Shown one piece after another: positions 1-14,065 of a stretch of 64,000 bases of DNA. This stretch comes from Candidatus Poribacteria bacterium. GTDB taxonomy: Bacteria > Poribacteria > WGA-4E > JAJDTR01. The notes under the pieces were generated by a model that made no database searches, was not told the DNA's origin, and saw only the letters and a program-made list of their open reading frames with translations. Location of the stretch: NCBI GenBank assembly GCA_965222225.1, contig CBDCTK010000002.1:1-64000 (forward strand). Reading direction: 5' to 3'. Position 1 is the first letter of the stretch. Every line of letters starts with the position of its first letter. Both the position numbers and the translations under genes were made by a program.

Positions 1-684
1 TGGCGCATGGTGGCGAAGATTGGACGTGGCTTGCCGGGATTGTCGGCCAGTGCTCTCTCCATGTGCTTCTTGTAGAGTTCGACTTCCGACATCGGACGGG
101 TTAGGGGCCCGGGGAGGATGTTGCACTGGTGCTTGACCGCGAAGTCGCAGGTGTCCGGTGAGCGCGCTGCGATCCAGATCCGAGGATGGGGTTTCTGTAA
201 CGGCTTCGGCACCGAGGTCGCGGCCGGAAAGGACCAGTACTCGCCCTTGTGCTCGTAGCCTCCTCGCCACAGAGCCTTCACCGCCGAAAGCATCTTGTGC
301 ACGTACCGGTGACCTTCTGTACGCTTCAGGCCGGGGTGCAACCGGTCAAACTCGCGCTGGTAGGCGCCGGAGCCGATGCCGAACTCAAGGCGCCCGCCGC
401 TGTAGAGATCCAGCAGCGCCGCCTCGCCTGCGCCTTGATGGGGTGCCAGTATGCCGCTACAACCACCGCCGAGCCGAATCCGGGACGTGTGGGCCGCCCA
501 CCAGGTCGGGATTTGGAATGGATTGGGCGCTATGGTCATCTCCAGCGGCGGGCGCCCACGCAATCGCGAACCCGCCGTCGTCGGCCATTTGCACCATCTC
601 GAGTGTATGGCGCTCGACATCAGTATCAGTCATGTCCAGATCCGGCGTCAGGCGCTCCATGGTGATGGCTAGCTGAAACTTCAT
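1..684 (-). pseudogene. Luciferase-like (LLM class) flavin-dependent monooxygenase, frameshifted; runs off the window start
   Basis: Joining minus frames gives MKFQLAITMERL...EMVQMADDGGFAIAWA / LEMTIAPNPFQIPTWWAAHTSRIRLG / AVVVAAYWHPIKA / GEAALLDLYSGGRLEFGIGSGAYQREF...PKPLQKPHPRIWIAA, which are LLM motifs, with several frame breaks. The segment is visibly more GC-rich than the rest of the window. Confidence 0.8.
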
Positions 685-840
685 GTTGCGACACCTCCCG
701 TCCGGTTGGTGATGGGTCAATCTTAGGTGGAATCACGGAGAGGGTTTTAGACGAATTAGCAGAGAAACACTCTAAATGACTGTACAAATCAAAATGACTG
801 TACAAACTAGGCTAGATAATTCGTCAAGTGCATAATCACA

Positions 841-878
841 AAAAAAAGGCATCAAGTCAACGAATTGGCTTGATGCCT
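841..878 (-). terminator. Intrinsic terminator of the rRNA operon
   Basis: Minus strand reads AGGCATCAAGCCAA-TTCG-TTGACTTGATGCC followed by TTTTTTT, just after 5S. Confidence 0.9.
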
Positions 879-888
879 AAATAATATC

Positions 889-1005
889 TCCCGGCAACGA
901 CCTACTTTCCCGAAAGGTCGCCCTCGAAGTATCATCGGCGCTGAAGAGCTTAACTTCCGTGTTCGGAATGGTTACGGGTGTTTCCTCTTCGCTATAATCA
1001 CCGGA
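889..1005 (-). rRNA. rrf: 5S rRNA
   Basis: Reverse-complement 5S motifs (CCGGCAACGACCTACTTTCCC, CTTAACTTCCGTGTTCGGAATGG); ends approximate. Confidence 0.95.
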
Positions 1006-1074
1006 AGAATAGAATAAGAACTAAATCTTTGACAATTGCATAGATTAGAGTATTTGCCATTATGAAATGCAAAA

Positions 1075-4096
<3,022 letters not shown>

Positions 4097-4176
4097 CAAG
4101 AAAAATAAAAATAAAAATCAAAAATAGCCGATACCCTCTATGCAATTGTCAAAGATCAACGCCCAAAAAGGGCGAG

Positions 4177-4249
4177 TGGAGATGAGCGGAATTGAACCGC
4201 TGGCCTCCTGCTTGCAAAGCAGGCGCTCTCCCAACTGAGCTACACCCCC
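4177..4249 (-). tRNA. tRNA-Ala(TGC), CCA not encoded
   Basis: GGGGGTGTAGCTCAGTTGGGAGAGCGCCTGCTTTGCAAGCAGG...TTCAATTCC...CATCTCCA; G3:U70 pair. Confidence 0.95.
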
Positions 4250-4258
4250 ACACGGTAG

Positions 4259-4335
4259 TGGTGGGCTTATCTGGAATCGAACCAGAGACCTCGCGCTTAT
4301 CAGGCGCGCGCTCTAACCGACTGAGCTATAAGCCC
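4259..4335 (-). tRNA. tRNA-Ile(GAT)
   Basis: GGGCTTATAGCTCAGTCGGTTAGAGCGCGCGCCTGATAAGCGCG...TTCGATTCC...AAGCCCACCA. Confidence 0.95.
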
Positions 4336-4436
4336 GCACAGAAGAATACTCAATGAAAACCAAATAGTGATTTGGACACATCCTAAGAATAACGAGCTGA
4401 ACATACCATCCCGATTAGGTCAAGTATGTTATTTAG

Positions 4437-5998
<1,562 letters not shown>

Positions 5999-6130
5999 AA
6001 AAATCGGTGCTAACCAATGGTTAGCGAAACCTTAATCTTTAAAGAGAATCTTCAAGATCAAAAGACATGTCACAAATCACTATTTAGTTTTCAAAGAGCA
6101 GCTTTTGTACTTCCTTATTGGAAGCATGGT

Positions 6131-6159
6131 ATTATACCACGCGGTCATGCAGGTGTCAA
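6131..6159 (-). promoter_or_regulatory. Sigma70 promoter of the rRNA operon, with a boxA-like GCTCTTTGAAAAC downstream (~6087-6100)
   Basis: TTGACA-N17-TATAAT on the minus strand. Confidence 0.9.
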
Positions 6160-6365
6160 GCAATAATTTCACTTTTTTCGAACCCAATTCGAGTTAGGTG
6201 AAAATTGGACGAAACATGTGCTTGCTCGGCAATCCTAACGGATTGCCTTGTCCCTTTGGGTGCATTGATCGGATTGATTCAGTTTGAAGAAGGACATCAC
6301 ATTTTGATACTGGCTTAAACAGGTTGAAAGCAATTTTCCTCAATCTTCCGCTCTTGCTGCCCGTG

Positions 6366-7171
6366 CTAAAACCCAAATGCTAGGTTGGAAAAGCTATCAT
6401 ACCAGTGAGCGAAATTCACTCCATCAATCACAATTTGTAGGTCGTTATCAACAACGACGTTCTCCTGTTTCCCTTGGTCATCAAGCGTTGTCTTCTCCGG
6501 GTGGCAGAAATGCCTCACTAACACAGTGCGGCCTGCCTCAGTTACGTAGCTTACGGTTTGGTGCACTGCGTGCGATTCGAGAGGAATTCCCAACTCAAAC
6601 ACGCGGAGACAGGTAAAGTGTCTCTCACCTATTGATACGGAAAAAACACCTGCTCCACTGGCTTCATTGTCGTCGAGACTATGTAGTCGCTTAAGCGAAC
6701 CATCCGTTTGGGTAACGAAATGCCCACAATCTTCTAACTTTCGTGGCATCTGTCCCCAGTCGAAATCAAAGTCTTTGTCGAGGAAGGTGTACAACAATTT
6801 GTTTTCCATAGTGAATTTGTGAGGTGGCTAGATACCCCGCTGTCTCCGCGGTCAGCCGACCATACATCTGCCACGGTGATGGACTCCATCCATCGTTCGT
6901 ATTCCACGTGTGGATTGCAATCTCAACACCCTCTACATCATGCACAGTAGCAGGGCCGGTCACCTCCATCTCATGGACCTCGGAGAGCTTCCAAGTAGCC
7001 GCGGTATAGTCCGCATACAGTGCACGTTCACCTTTCTTCGGCACGATGAACCACCATTGAAGTCCGGGGCAATCGATTGAGAATGGTTCCATATCCCTTT
7101 GACTAATGATAACTTTTTGGCCGACGAAGTGGGAACGGTTGTTTTCTGATTCTAGGTTTGTGTGTATGCAT
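6366..7171 (-). pseudogene. Stand-alone paralog of the ECF sigma C-terminal domain (unknown function), with two +1 frameshifts
   Basis: RBS AAAGGAGG then MHTHKPRIRKQPFPLRRPK / VIISQRDMEPFSIDCPGLQWWFIVP... / LLYTFLDKDFDFDWGQMPRKLED...HWYDSFSNLAFGF; co-linear with 7586-8400. Confidence 0.75.
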
Positions 7172-7255
7172 ACGACTTATCCTCCTTTCATAGATTTCAT
7201 AAACTACCTAGAGATTTGCGGTTGTAAGCCTGTGTGCTCACGGCCATTACTTAAA

Positions 7256-7283
7256 AAAGGCGAGGAAGGGAAGGAAAAGGTTC
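7256..7283 (-). promoter_or_regulatory. Candidate ECF promoter GAACC-N17-GCCTTT
   Basis: Same motif and spacing as 8981-9008. Confidence 0.55.
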
Positions 7284-7475
7284 TGAGAACGCGATTGTTT
7301 TACGAGGAAATATACGAATCAGATGAGTTCTCTGCATCGGGACTGATTCGGGATGGCGGGACACGATTTTAAAAGGAGGGCAGGCTTCAGCTGTGAATTA
7401 TAGCCGTTTAGATTCAGATTTACACAAATTAAGGAGGGGAGTTGGAGAGTTGAAGATTGTTACAACAAGCCTACT

Positions 7476-7546
7476 GTAGGAGCGATCCTCCGGTCGCGAG
7501 CAAAACTCGCTCCTACAAAAGACGCGCAATAAATTGTGCTACTACG
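7476..7546. repeat. REP-like GTAG/CTAC palindrome cluster
   Basis: GTAGGAGCGA...TCGCTCCTAC; related copies at ~9265-9320, ~59485-59510 and ~62470-62550. Confidence 0.65.
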
Positions 7547-7585
7547 AACCCCCGGTTCTTGTAACTTGTGGATTATGAATTGGTG

Positions 7586-8975
7586 TTAGAATCCGAATGC
7601 TAAGTTGGAGAGGCTATAATACCAGTGAACATACGTGACACCATTAATTGTATGCTGTAGGTTGTTATCAACCACGATGCTTTTTGCGTTTTCTGCTTTA
7701 TCAGACATCGCCATCTCCGGGCGACAGAAATGGCGCACGAGGCCTGTCCGCCCGCTTTCAGTCACTTAGCTTGCTGTGATTGGTGCGTCAAGCGCGGTGA
7801 CAGGCGCCTCCAACTGAAATACGTGGAGACAGGTAAAGTTCCTTCTTCCAACCGACACAGAGAAAACGCCGGCACCGCTGGCATCTATGTTCTCAAGGCT
7901 ATGTACCTTTTTGAGTGAGCCGTCTGCCTGAGTTGCGAAGAGTCCGTTATCTTCCAACTTTCGGGGGATCTGCCCCCAGTTGAAGTCAAAACCTTCGTCA
8001 AGGAAGATGTGCAATAATCTCTTGCCATCGTGAAGTTGTTAGACTGCTAAATACTCCGCTGTGGATTCAGTCAACCGGCCGCAAATCTCCCACGTTGATG
8101 GCGAGCAGCCGCTTTGTGGTTCCCATGTGTGAATCTCCAACTCAACCCCGTCCACATCATGCACGATAGCGGGTCTCACCGCCTTTATCTCATGCACCTC
8201 AGAAAGCTCCCAAGCCATAGGTGTATAGTTCGCAAACAGCGAACGCTCGCCAATTTCGGGTACGATGAACCACCATCGGAGTTCGGGGCAATTTACGGAG
8301 AACGGCTCGGCGTTTATTTCGGTGATAACCACTTCCGGCCGACGCAGGGGGAACGGCTGCATCTTGGTATCGGGTTTGTGAGTGTGCGCCGGGATCGTTG
8401 TCTCCTTCTGAGAAATACCAAGAAATACCAAAAGTTTCGCGGAGATAAGCCCGTGCTTGAAACAAGCGCTTCTTGACCGTACCTTCGGGGCAGCGGCGGC
8501 GTGCGGCAATCTCGGCAATCGAAAATCCTTCGAAGTAGAATAGTTGTGCTACTTCCCGCTGATCCTCTGGAGCATGCGCCAGTGCTTCGACGGCATCATC
8601 AAGAATCTGCCTCTGCCGAATCTGTTTGTGACCGAATCGATCTACAAATTGGGTTAATTCTTCTGTTTCAATCGGTAGGTCTCGTCGTTGGGCGGACTTG
8701 AGGAAGTCGTAGCACCGATTTTGAGCAATTCGAAGAAGCCATCTTCCGACAGCCTTTGGTTCAAGAAGACTGCGAATACCGAGCCACGCCTGCAGAAGCG
8801 TATCCTGCAATACATCTTCGGCGTGGTCGAAGTTTCCCAGTTGGTACCGAATCTGCGCCACTAACTGTCGTTCATGTCGGCGGACTAACTCGGCAAATGC
8901 ACGTTCATTTCGTTGTGTGCATAAACGAACTAATGTTTCAACCTCTAAATTTTCCACCGTGTCCAACTCCATCAT
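7586..8975 (-). pseudogene. ECF (sigma-70 group 4) sigma factor, originally fused to a ~270-aa C-terminal domain. The fusion is broken; the sigma part is open as 8199-8975.
   Basis: Sigma2 (AEDVLQDTLLQAW...WLLRIAQNRCYD) and sigma4 (GFSIAEIA...GTVKKRLFQAR) motifs. A 10-bp tandem duplication AGAAATACCA at 8411-8430 shifts the frame; in-frame TAA at 8039 and 7766. Confidence 0.85.
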
Positions 8976-8980
8976 CCGTT

Positions 8981-9008
8981 AAAGGCAAGATACAAAGCAA
9001 AAAGGTTC
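8981..9008 (-). promoter_or_regulatory. Candidate autoregulatory ECF promoter (leaderless transcript)
   Basis: GAACC-N17-GCCTTT, 5 nt before the ATG, no SD. Confidence 0.6.
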
Positions 9009-9335
9009 TCAAGGTAGGGCTTTTTTCAAAATCTGAATTAGACACGGCGATGGTATACGCTGTTTACAGATTCTGGAATGATTGGGAGATTGGAAGGCAG
9101 GAAGAGTGGAAGATTACCGGATTCCTTTCCAGCTTGTTTATAGTCGTTTACATTCACATTTACTCAGATTGCCTCTAAAGGCAAGTGAACGACCAGTCAG
9201 AAGCGAAATGAAAAGAATGGAAGTAGGCGATTTCATGATTGAAGGTTGTTACGACAAACTAATTATAGGAGCAAGCTTTGCTCGCGATAGGAAGTCGCGA
9301 TCAGGAGATCAATCCTACAGAAGACACACAATAAC

Positions 9336-9371
9336 GGGATTTCTATCGCCCTCACTATCCGTTCGGTTGAT
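9336..9371 (+). repeat. Dispersed ~36-bp degenerate repeat, copy 1 of at least 9 (others at 13994, 28603, 46887, 49649, 57145, 59243, 59408, 62668)
   Basis: GGGATTTCTATCGCCCTCACTATCCGTTCGGTTGAT; conserved GGAT..CTATCGC....TCGSTTGAT. Confidence 0.8.
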
Positions 9372-9574
9372 CGTTAATACGAACCGAACAACAAAATTCC
9401 GGTATGTATAATTTTTCGTTGTAATGACTATGGACTACTCTCAGAAGGCTTGAATCCTGTCGCTCCGCTTGGGCTCAAGAGCGAAGAGGCGAAGTGTCTG
9501 GCATCTATCTGATATCTGAATCAGTTTCGTGCACAAGAACTTCTTGACCTCAGATTATATCATGGAGGGGAACT

Positions 9575-9856
9575 TCAAGACAGTTGCGGAGAGGTGCCTC
9601 CACTGATAGCGGGCAAGAAATGAATTTCGCTGTCTTCCGAAACTTGATGACGCATGCCCTCGCGTGTCAGGGCACCATCAACATAGACAGCAATGTTGGG
9701 ACGAATCTGATCGTCCTCGCAGATGCGCGCCTTGAAGCCCGGATAGATTAACTCTAGGCTGTTAAGGACTTCGCGTATCGTATTGCCCTCTACCGTGGCT
9801 TTCTCCTTGCCATTGGTCAGCTCTTGCATAAGGGATGGGATTGCTACGGTTGCCAT
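9575..9856 (-). CDS. MoaD/ThiS ubiquitin-like sulfur carrier
   Basis: Beta-grasp pattern, ends EIHFLPAISGG plus a 6-aa tail. Confidence 0.85.
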   Translation of the reverse strand: MATVAIPSLMQELTNGKEKATVEGNTIREVLNSLELIYPGFKARICEDDQIRPNIAVYVDGALTREGMRHQVSEDSEIHFLPAISGGTSPQLS

Positions 9857-10051
9857 GAGAGAATCAACCTTTCATAGATGGTATTGAAACTTGTGCAGCC
9901 GGACACACAATTCATGACCCCAGATGAGTGGGACAAGTATAGAGAGTAGAGATTTAACCTCAAGAGTGCAGTTCAAATAGAAATGGGGTATTGGAGAAAA
10001 ACTACCCCAATACCCCATTGTCTTGACGATTCAATTCTCCCGACAGGGAGT

Positions 10052-12307
10052 CTAGATTTTCCCCATTGCTTTGAGAATACGACCGGGTGACATCGGTAGC
10101 TCCCTAAGCCGAACGCCAATTGCATTATAGATAGCGTTAGCGATAGCCGCGGGCGGTGCCGCGATTGGGGTCTCACCGACACCTCTGACGCCGAAGGGAT
10201 GACCAGGGTTAGGAACTTCAACGATCACCGCGTCAATCATCGGCAGATCGTAACTAGTCGGCATCCGATAATCGAGAAAACTCGCGTTGGTCATCTGACC
10301 GTCCTCGTTGTAGATGTATTCCTCGTTTAGCGCCCATCCGATGCCTTGCACCGCGCCGCCCTGGATTTGGCCTTCAACATAGCTCGGGTGGATGGCTTTA
10401 CCGGCGTCCTGCGTTGCCGTATAGCGCAAGATCTCAACTTTGCCAGTGTCGGCATCAACCTCAACGTCAACGATATGTGTACCAATTGATGAACCAGCCC
10501 CCGATGGCGCAACGCTCGCGCGTCCCATCAACGGCCCGCCGGTGTGACCGAGTTTTTCAGCCAAACCCTTGAAGTCAAGTTCTTCCTCTTTTCCGTTGAC
10601 GTATCGAAATACGCCATCTGCGAATTCGACTTCCTCTGCATCTACCTCCCACAATTTCGCGGCACGCTCGATCATCTGGCGCTTTACGTCTTGAGCGGCT
10701 TCGTAGGCGGCTAACCCGGTTGTGTAAGTAGTATGGCTTCCGCCGGTTACGTCAGTGTACCCCACCGAATTGGTATCAACCACTGTGGGATGCACGGATT
10801 CCGCAGAGATTCCCAAGACTTCCGCAGCCTGCATGGCGATAGAAGCACGGGAACCACCGATGTCAGTCGAGCCTTCGACGAGACTTATCGTCCCATCCGG
10901 ATTTACGTTGATAGACACGCTAGATTTGAAAGCGAAATTGGGCCAAAATCCGGTAGCAACACCACGACCTCTGTACTTGCCTTCCAGCGGTGCTGAATAG
11001 TGCGGGTGCTCCTTTGCCGCTTCAACCGTCTCAATGAAACCGATGCGTGGGAATACCGGACCATCGACACGAGAATCTCCCTCTTTTGCACTATTCAGGA
11101 GTCGGAATTCGATGGGATCCATCCCAATCTTTTCGCATATCTCGTCAATGACCGTCTCGGTTGCGAAGGCGACATTTGTCGACCCCGGCGCCCGATAGGC
11201 GTTGGTTTTTGGTTTATTGACCACAACATCATAGGCGTCAATAAATCCGTTGTCAATCTTGTATGGTGAGAATACGCACATGGCAGCAGCGCCAACCGGA
11301 GAACCGGGGTATGCTCCGGCTTCAAAGGCGATGTAAGCGTCCGCCGCGGTAATGCGACCGTCGTTGGTGGCTCCGATTTTCACGCGTACGTAGGAGGCTG
11401 GCGTGGGGCCGGTACTCTCAAACACATCCTCACGACTCATCAGTACCTTGACGGGGCGACCCGATTTCTTGGAGAGCAGCGCGGCGAGAGGTTCAAGGTA
11501 GACACTAATCTTTCCGCCAAAACCGCCACCAATCTCCATCGGCACAACTTTGACTTTGGAGACCGGGTGCTGTAGAATCTCCGCCACTTGGCCGCGCGCA
11601 TTGAACGCACCTTGGGTACTACACCAAATGGTGATTTCGCCATCGGCATTGTATACGGCACTAGCGTTTTGGGGTTCAATGTAACCTTGATGCACGGTGC
11701 CAGTTACGTAGTCGTGTTCGATGACTACATCAGCCTCGGCGAAACCCTTCTCAATGTCACCCTTCTTGTGTTGAAAATGGCTAGCGATGTTGCTTGACTT
11801 CTCAGACTTTTTCCCCATTTCGTCGGTCTTCATATCTTCGTGGACGAGGGGGGCATCGTTTTGCATGGCTGCCCGAACTTCTATCGCGGGCGGCAACACT
11901 TCGTACTCAACATCAATAAGTTCGAGCGCTTCTTCAGCGATATGACCGTTCAGTGCGGCAACGGCGGCAACCGCATGTCCTTTGTACAGCGCTTTTTCGC
12001 GTGCCAAGATGTTATCGCACATGAACTTCAGATTAACAGCGCCTTCGCCAAGGTCAACGATTTTATCTTGGGAGGCAGTCAAATCTGCTGCCGTTACAAC
12101 CGCCTTGACGCCGGGATAGGCTTCCGCACGGCTCGTATTGATTGATTTAATCCGAGCATGGGCATGAGGACTACGCAGCACGCGTCCGTGCAACAATCCC
12201 GCAGCTTGGTAATCTGCGCCGTAAAGTGCTCGACCTGTTACCTTATCCACCCCATCGTGTCGAATGGGACGGGTTCCGATTACCTTGTATTCTTTCTCCA
12301 CTGCCAT
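10052..12307 (-). CDS. Xanthine dehydrogenase/CoxL-family molybdopterin-binding subunit
   Basis: DKVTGRALY, RSPHAHARI, GGGFGGK, AYRAPG, RGVGE motifs. Confidence 0.93.
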   Translation of the reverse strand: MAVEKEYKVIGTRPIRHDGVDKVTGRALYGADYQAAGLLHGRVLRSPHAHARIKSINTSRAEAYPGVKAVVTAADLTASQDKIVDLGEGAVNLKFMCDNILAREKALYKGHAVAAVAALNGHIAEEALELIDVEYEVLPPAIEVRAAMQNDAPLVHEDMKTDEMGKKSEKSSNIASHFQHKKGDIEKGFAEADVVIEHDYVTGTVHQGYIEPQNASAVYNADGEITIWCSTQGAFNARGQVAEILQHPVSKVKVVPMEIGGGFGGKISVYLEPLAALLSKKSGRPVKVLMSREDVFESTGPTPASYVRVKIGATNDGRITAADAYIAFEAGAYPGSPVGAAAMCVFSPYKIDNGFIDAYDVVVNKPKTNAYRAPGSTNVAFATETVIDEICEKIGMDPIEFRLLNSAKEGDSRVDGPVFPRIGFIETVEAAKEHPHYSAPLEGKYRGRGVATGFWPNFAFKSSVSINVNPDGTISLVEGSTDIGGSRASIAMQAAEVLGISAESVHPTVVDTNSVGYTDVTGGSHTTYTTGLAAYEAAQDVKRQMIERAAKLWEVDAEEVEFADGVFRYVNGKEEELDFKGLAEKLGHTGGPLMGRASVAPSGAGSSIGTHIVDVEVDADTGKVEILRYTATQDAGKAIHPSYVEGQIQGGAVQGIGWALNEEYIYNEDGQMTNASFLDYRMPTSYDLPMIDAVIVEVPNPGHPFGVRGVGETPIAAPPAAIANAIYNAIGVRLRELPMSPGRILKAMGKI

Positions 12308-12795
12308 TACGCATTTACCTCCGTAGACATGGTTTCCGCCACATCAAGCACGGCACGGACAATCTTATCGTAGCCGGTACAGCGGCACAGATTGCCTGCC
12401 AGCCAGAAGCGGACATCGTGTTCGGTCGGATTAGGGTTCTCATTCAACAACGCTTTTGAAGCCATGATGAAGCCGGGTGTACAGACACCACACTGGAGTG
12501 CGGCGTTTTCCAGAAACGCATCCTGTATGGGATGAAGTTTATTGGGTTCCGCCAATCCTTCAACGGTTTCCACCTCTTTACCTTCAATCTCGGCGCCAAG
12601 CACCAAGCAAGAATTAACGAGGCGCCCATTCAGAATGACGCTGCACGCGCCACAGTTGCCATTGTTACAACCTTCTTTGGCACCGGTCAGCATCAAATTA
12701 TCTCGCAGGACTTCGAGCAAACTCTCGCGAGGTTCGCAAAGGAACTCCACCGCTTCACCGTTAATCACTGTTTTAACATGAGTTTTGTCGGGCAT
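12307..12795 (-). CDS. CoxS-like [2Fe-2S] subunit
   Basis: GCNNGNCGAC...C and QCGVC...NLCRCTGY. Confidence 0.95.
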   Translation of the reverse strand: MPDKTHVKTVINGEAVEFLCEPRESLLEVLRDNLMLTGAKEGCNNGNCGACSVILNGRLVNSCLVLGAEIEGKEVETVEGLAEPNKLHPIQDAFLENAALQCGVCTPGFIMASKALLNENPNPTEHDVRFWLAGNLCRCTGYDKIVRAVLDVAETMSTEVNA

Positions 12796-12800
12796 TTAGT

Positions 12801-13697
12801 CTATGACTCCTTCACTCTTTGAATCGCGCCGTTTAGCGCACGCTTGGTGAACACGCCGACAAGATGCACTCTCTGCTCGGCGCTGCCGCGCATGTCGCTT
12901 ATTGGACGAGCGATGGCTTTTGCCGCTTCGGCCGCCTCTTCAATAGCCGATTCATCAGAAACCGACCGTCCGGAAAGAAGCGCGCTGGCTTCCTCGGCGA
13001 ATAGCGGTGTGGGGGCAACTGCCGCGAGGGCAATGCGGGCTGAGACAAACGACTCTTTGGCGTCGTCAAGTACAACAGAGACACCGGCTCCGACAACCGC
13101 GATGTCCATTTCATTGCGTGGGATAAAACGGAGGTAAAAGGAACTCGAATTACTCTCTGGCGCAGGAATTTTCAGGGATTCCAGAAATTCTCCGTTCTGT
13201 AGTACGGTTCTGCCCGGGGCAGTACAAAATTGCTTGACCGGTACTTCGCGCGTTCCGTTCGTGCCAGCAATGATACAGGTAGCTCCCAACACAATTAACG
13301 CCGGTATTGTGTCCGCTGCCGGAGAAGCATTACACAGATTGCCGCCGACTGCGGCTCTGCCTTGTATCGCAGTGCCACCGATAATATGGGCCGAGTCCGC
13401 GAGTGCGGGGTAGGCGGCTGATATTGCCTTGTCTCCATATATCTTATAGCACGGGACAGCAGATCCAAGATGCAAACCTGCCTGCGGGGCATACGACAAA
13501 ACGTTGGTCTCAGGTATATCCTTGATATCTACAATCCGTTCTACGTGTCGTTTGCCTTCACGCACCTGAACGATAAGGTCCGTACCACCAGCCAAGACTC
13601 TCGCTAAGTCGCCTTTTTCCGCGAGCAAGCCAGCCGCTGCGCTGACGGTCTTAGGGGAAGTATACTCAAACGCTCGCAAGGTATAATCTCCTTTCAA
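12801..13697 (-). CDS. CoxM-like FAD-binding subunit (probable start TTG ~13679)
   Basis: LAGGTDL, GGNLCNASPAAD, PISDMRGS. Confidence 0.93.
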   Translation of the reverse strand: MKGDYTLRAFEYTSPKTVSAAAGLLAEKGDLARVLAGGTDLIVQVREGKRHVERIVDIKDIPETNVLSYAPQAGLHLGSAVPCYKIYGDKAISAAYPALADSAHIIGGTAIQGRAAVGGNLCNASPAADTIPALIVLGATCIIAGTNGTREVPVKQFCTAPGRTVLQNGEFLESLKIPAPESNSSSFYLRFIPRNEMDIAVVGAGVSVVLDDAKESFVSARIALAAVAPTPLFAEEASALLSGRSVSDESAIEEAAEAAKAIARPISDMRGSAEQRVHLVGVFTKRALNGAIQRVKES

Positions 13698-14065
13698 GAT
13701 GATGATTTATTCCGTTTGGGGGTAGTATTCATTTGATATATCTTATCTTAATGGAATGAAACCAGAATGTCAAGAGAAAAAACGAGGCAAAAACTAATGC
13801 GTAAGATGTCCAAATTTTCAGAACGCAATTGCTATGTAGCGCGCACTGTAGCGCGCACTGATTTTCGATTCTGTTATTGGATGGTCGTGAAACTTTTCAG
13901 AGAGAGATTTTTTATTGAAGTAGTGCTTTAACGATTGGAAGGGAGGAAGGAATTTGAAAATTTGGCGATTTGATGATCGCCGCGAATCTCTATGGAATCT
14001 CTATCGCACTCGCTAATCGCACGCTTGATCTATTCGTTCGGTTGATCGTTCGCCACTATTTTTTT

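Noticed and set aside
10052-12307. Aerobic CO dehydrogenase call
   Set aside because: Lacks the AYxCSFR motif and cox accessory genes
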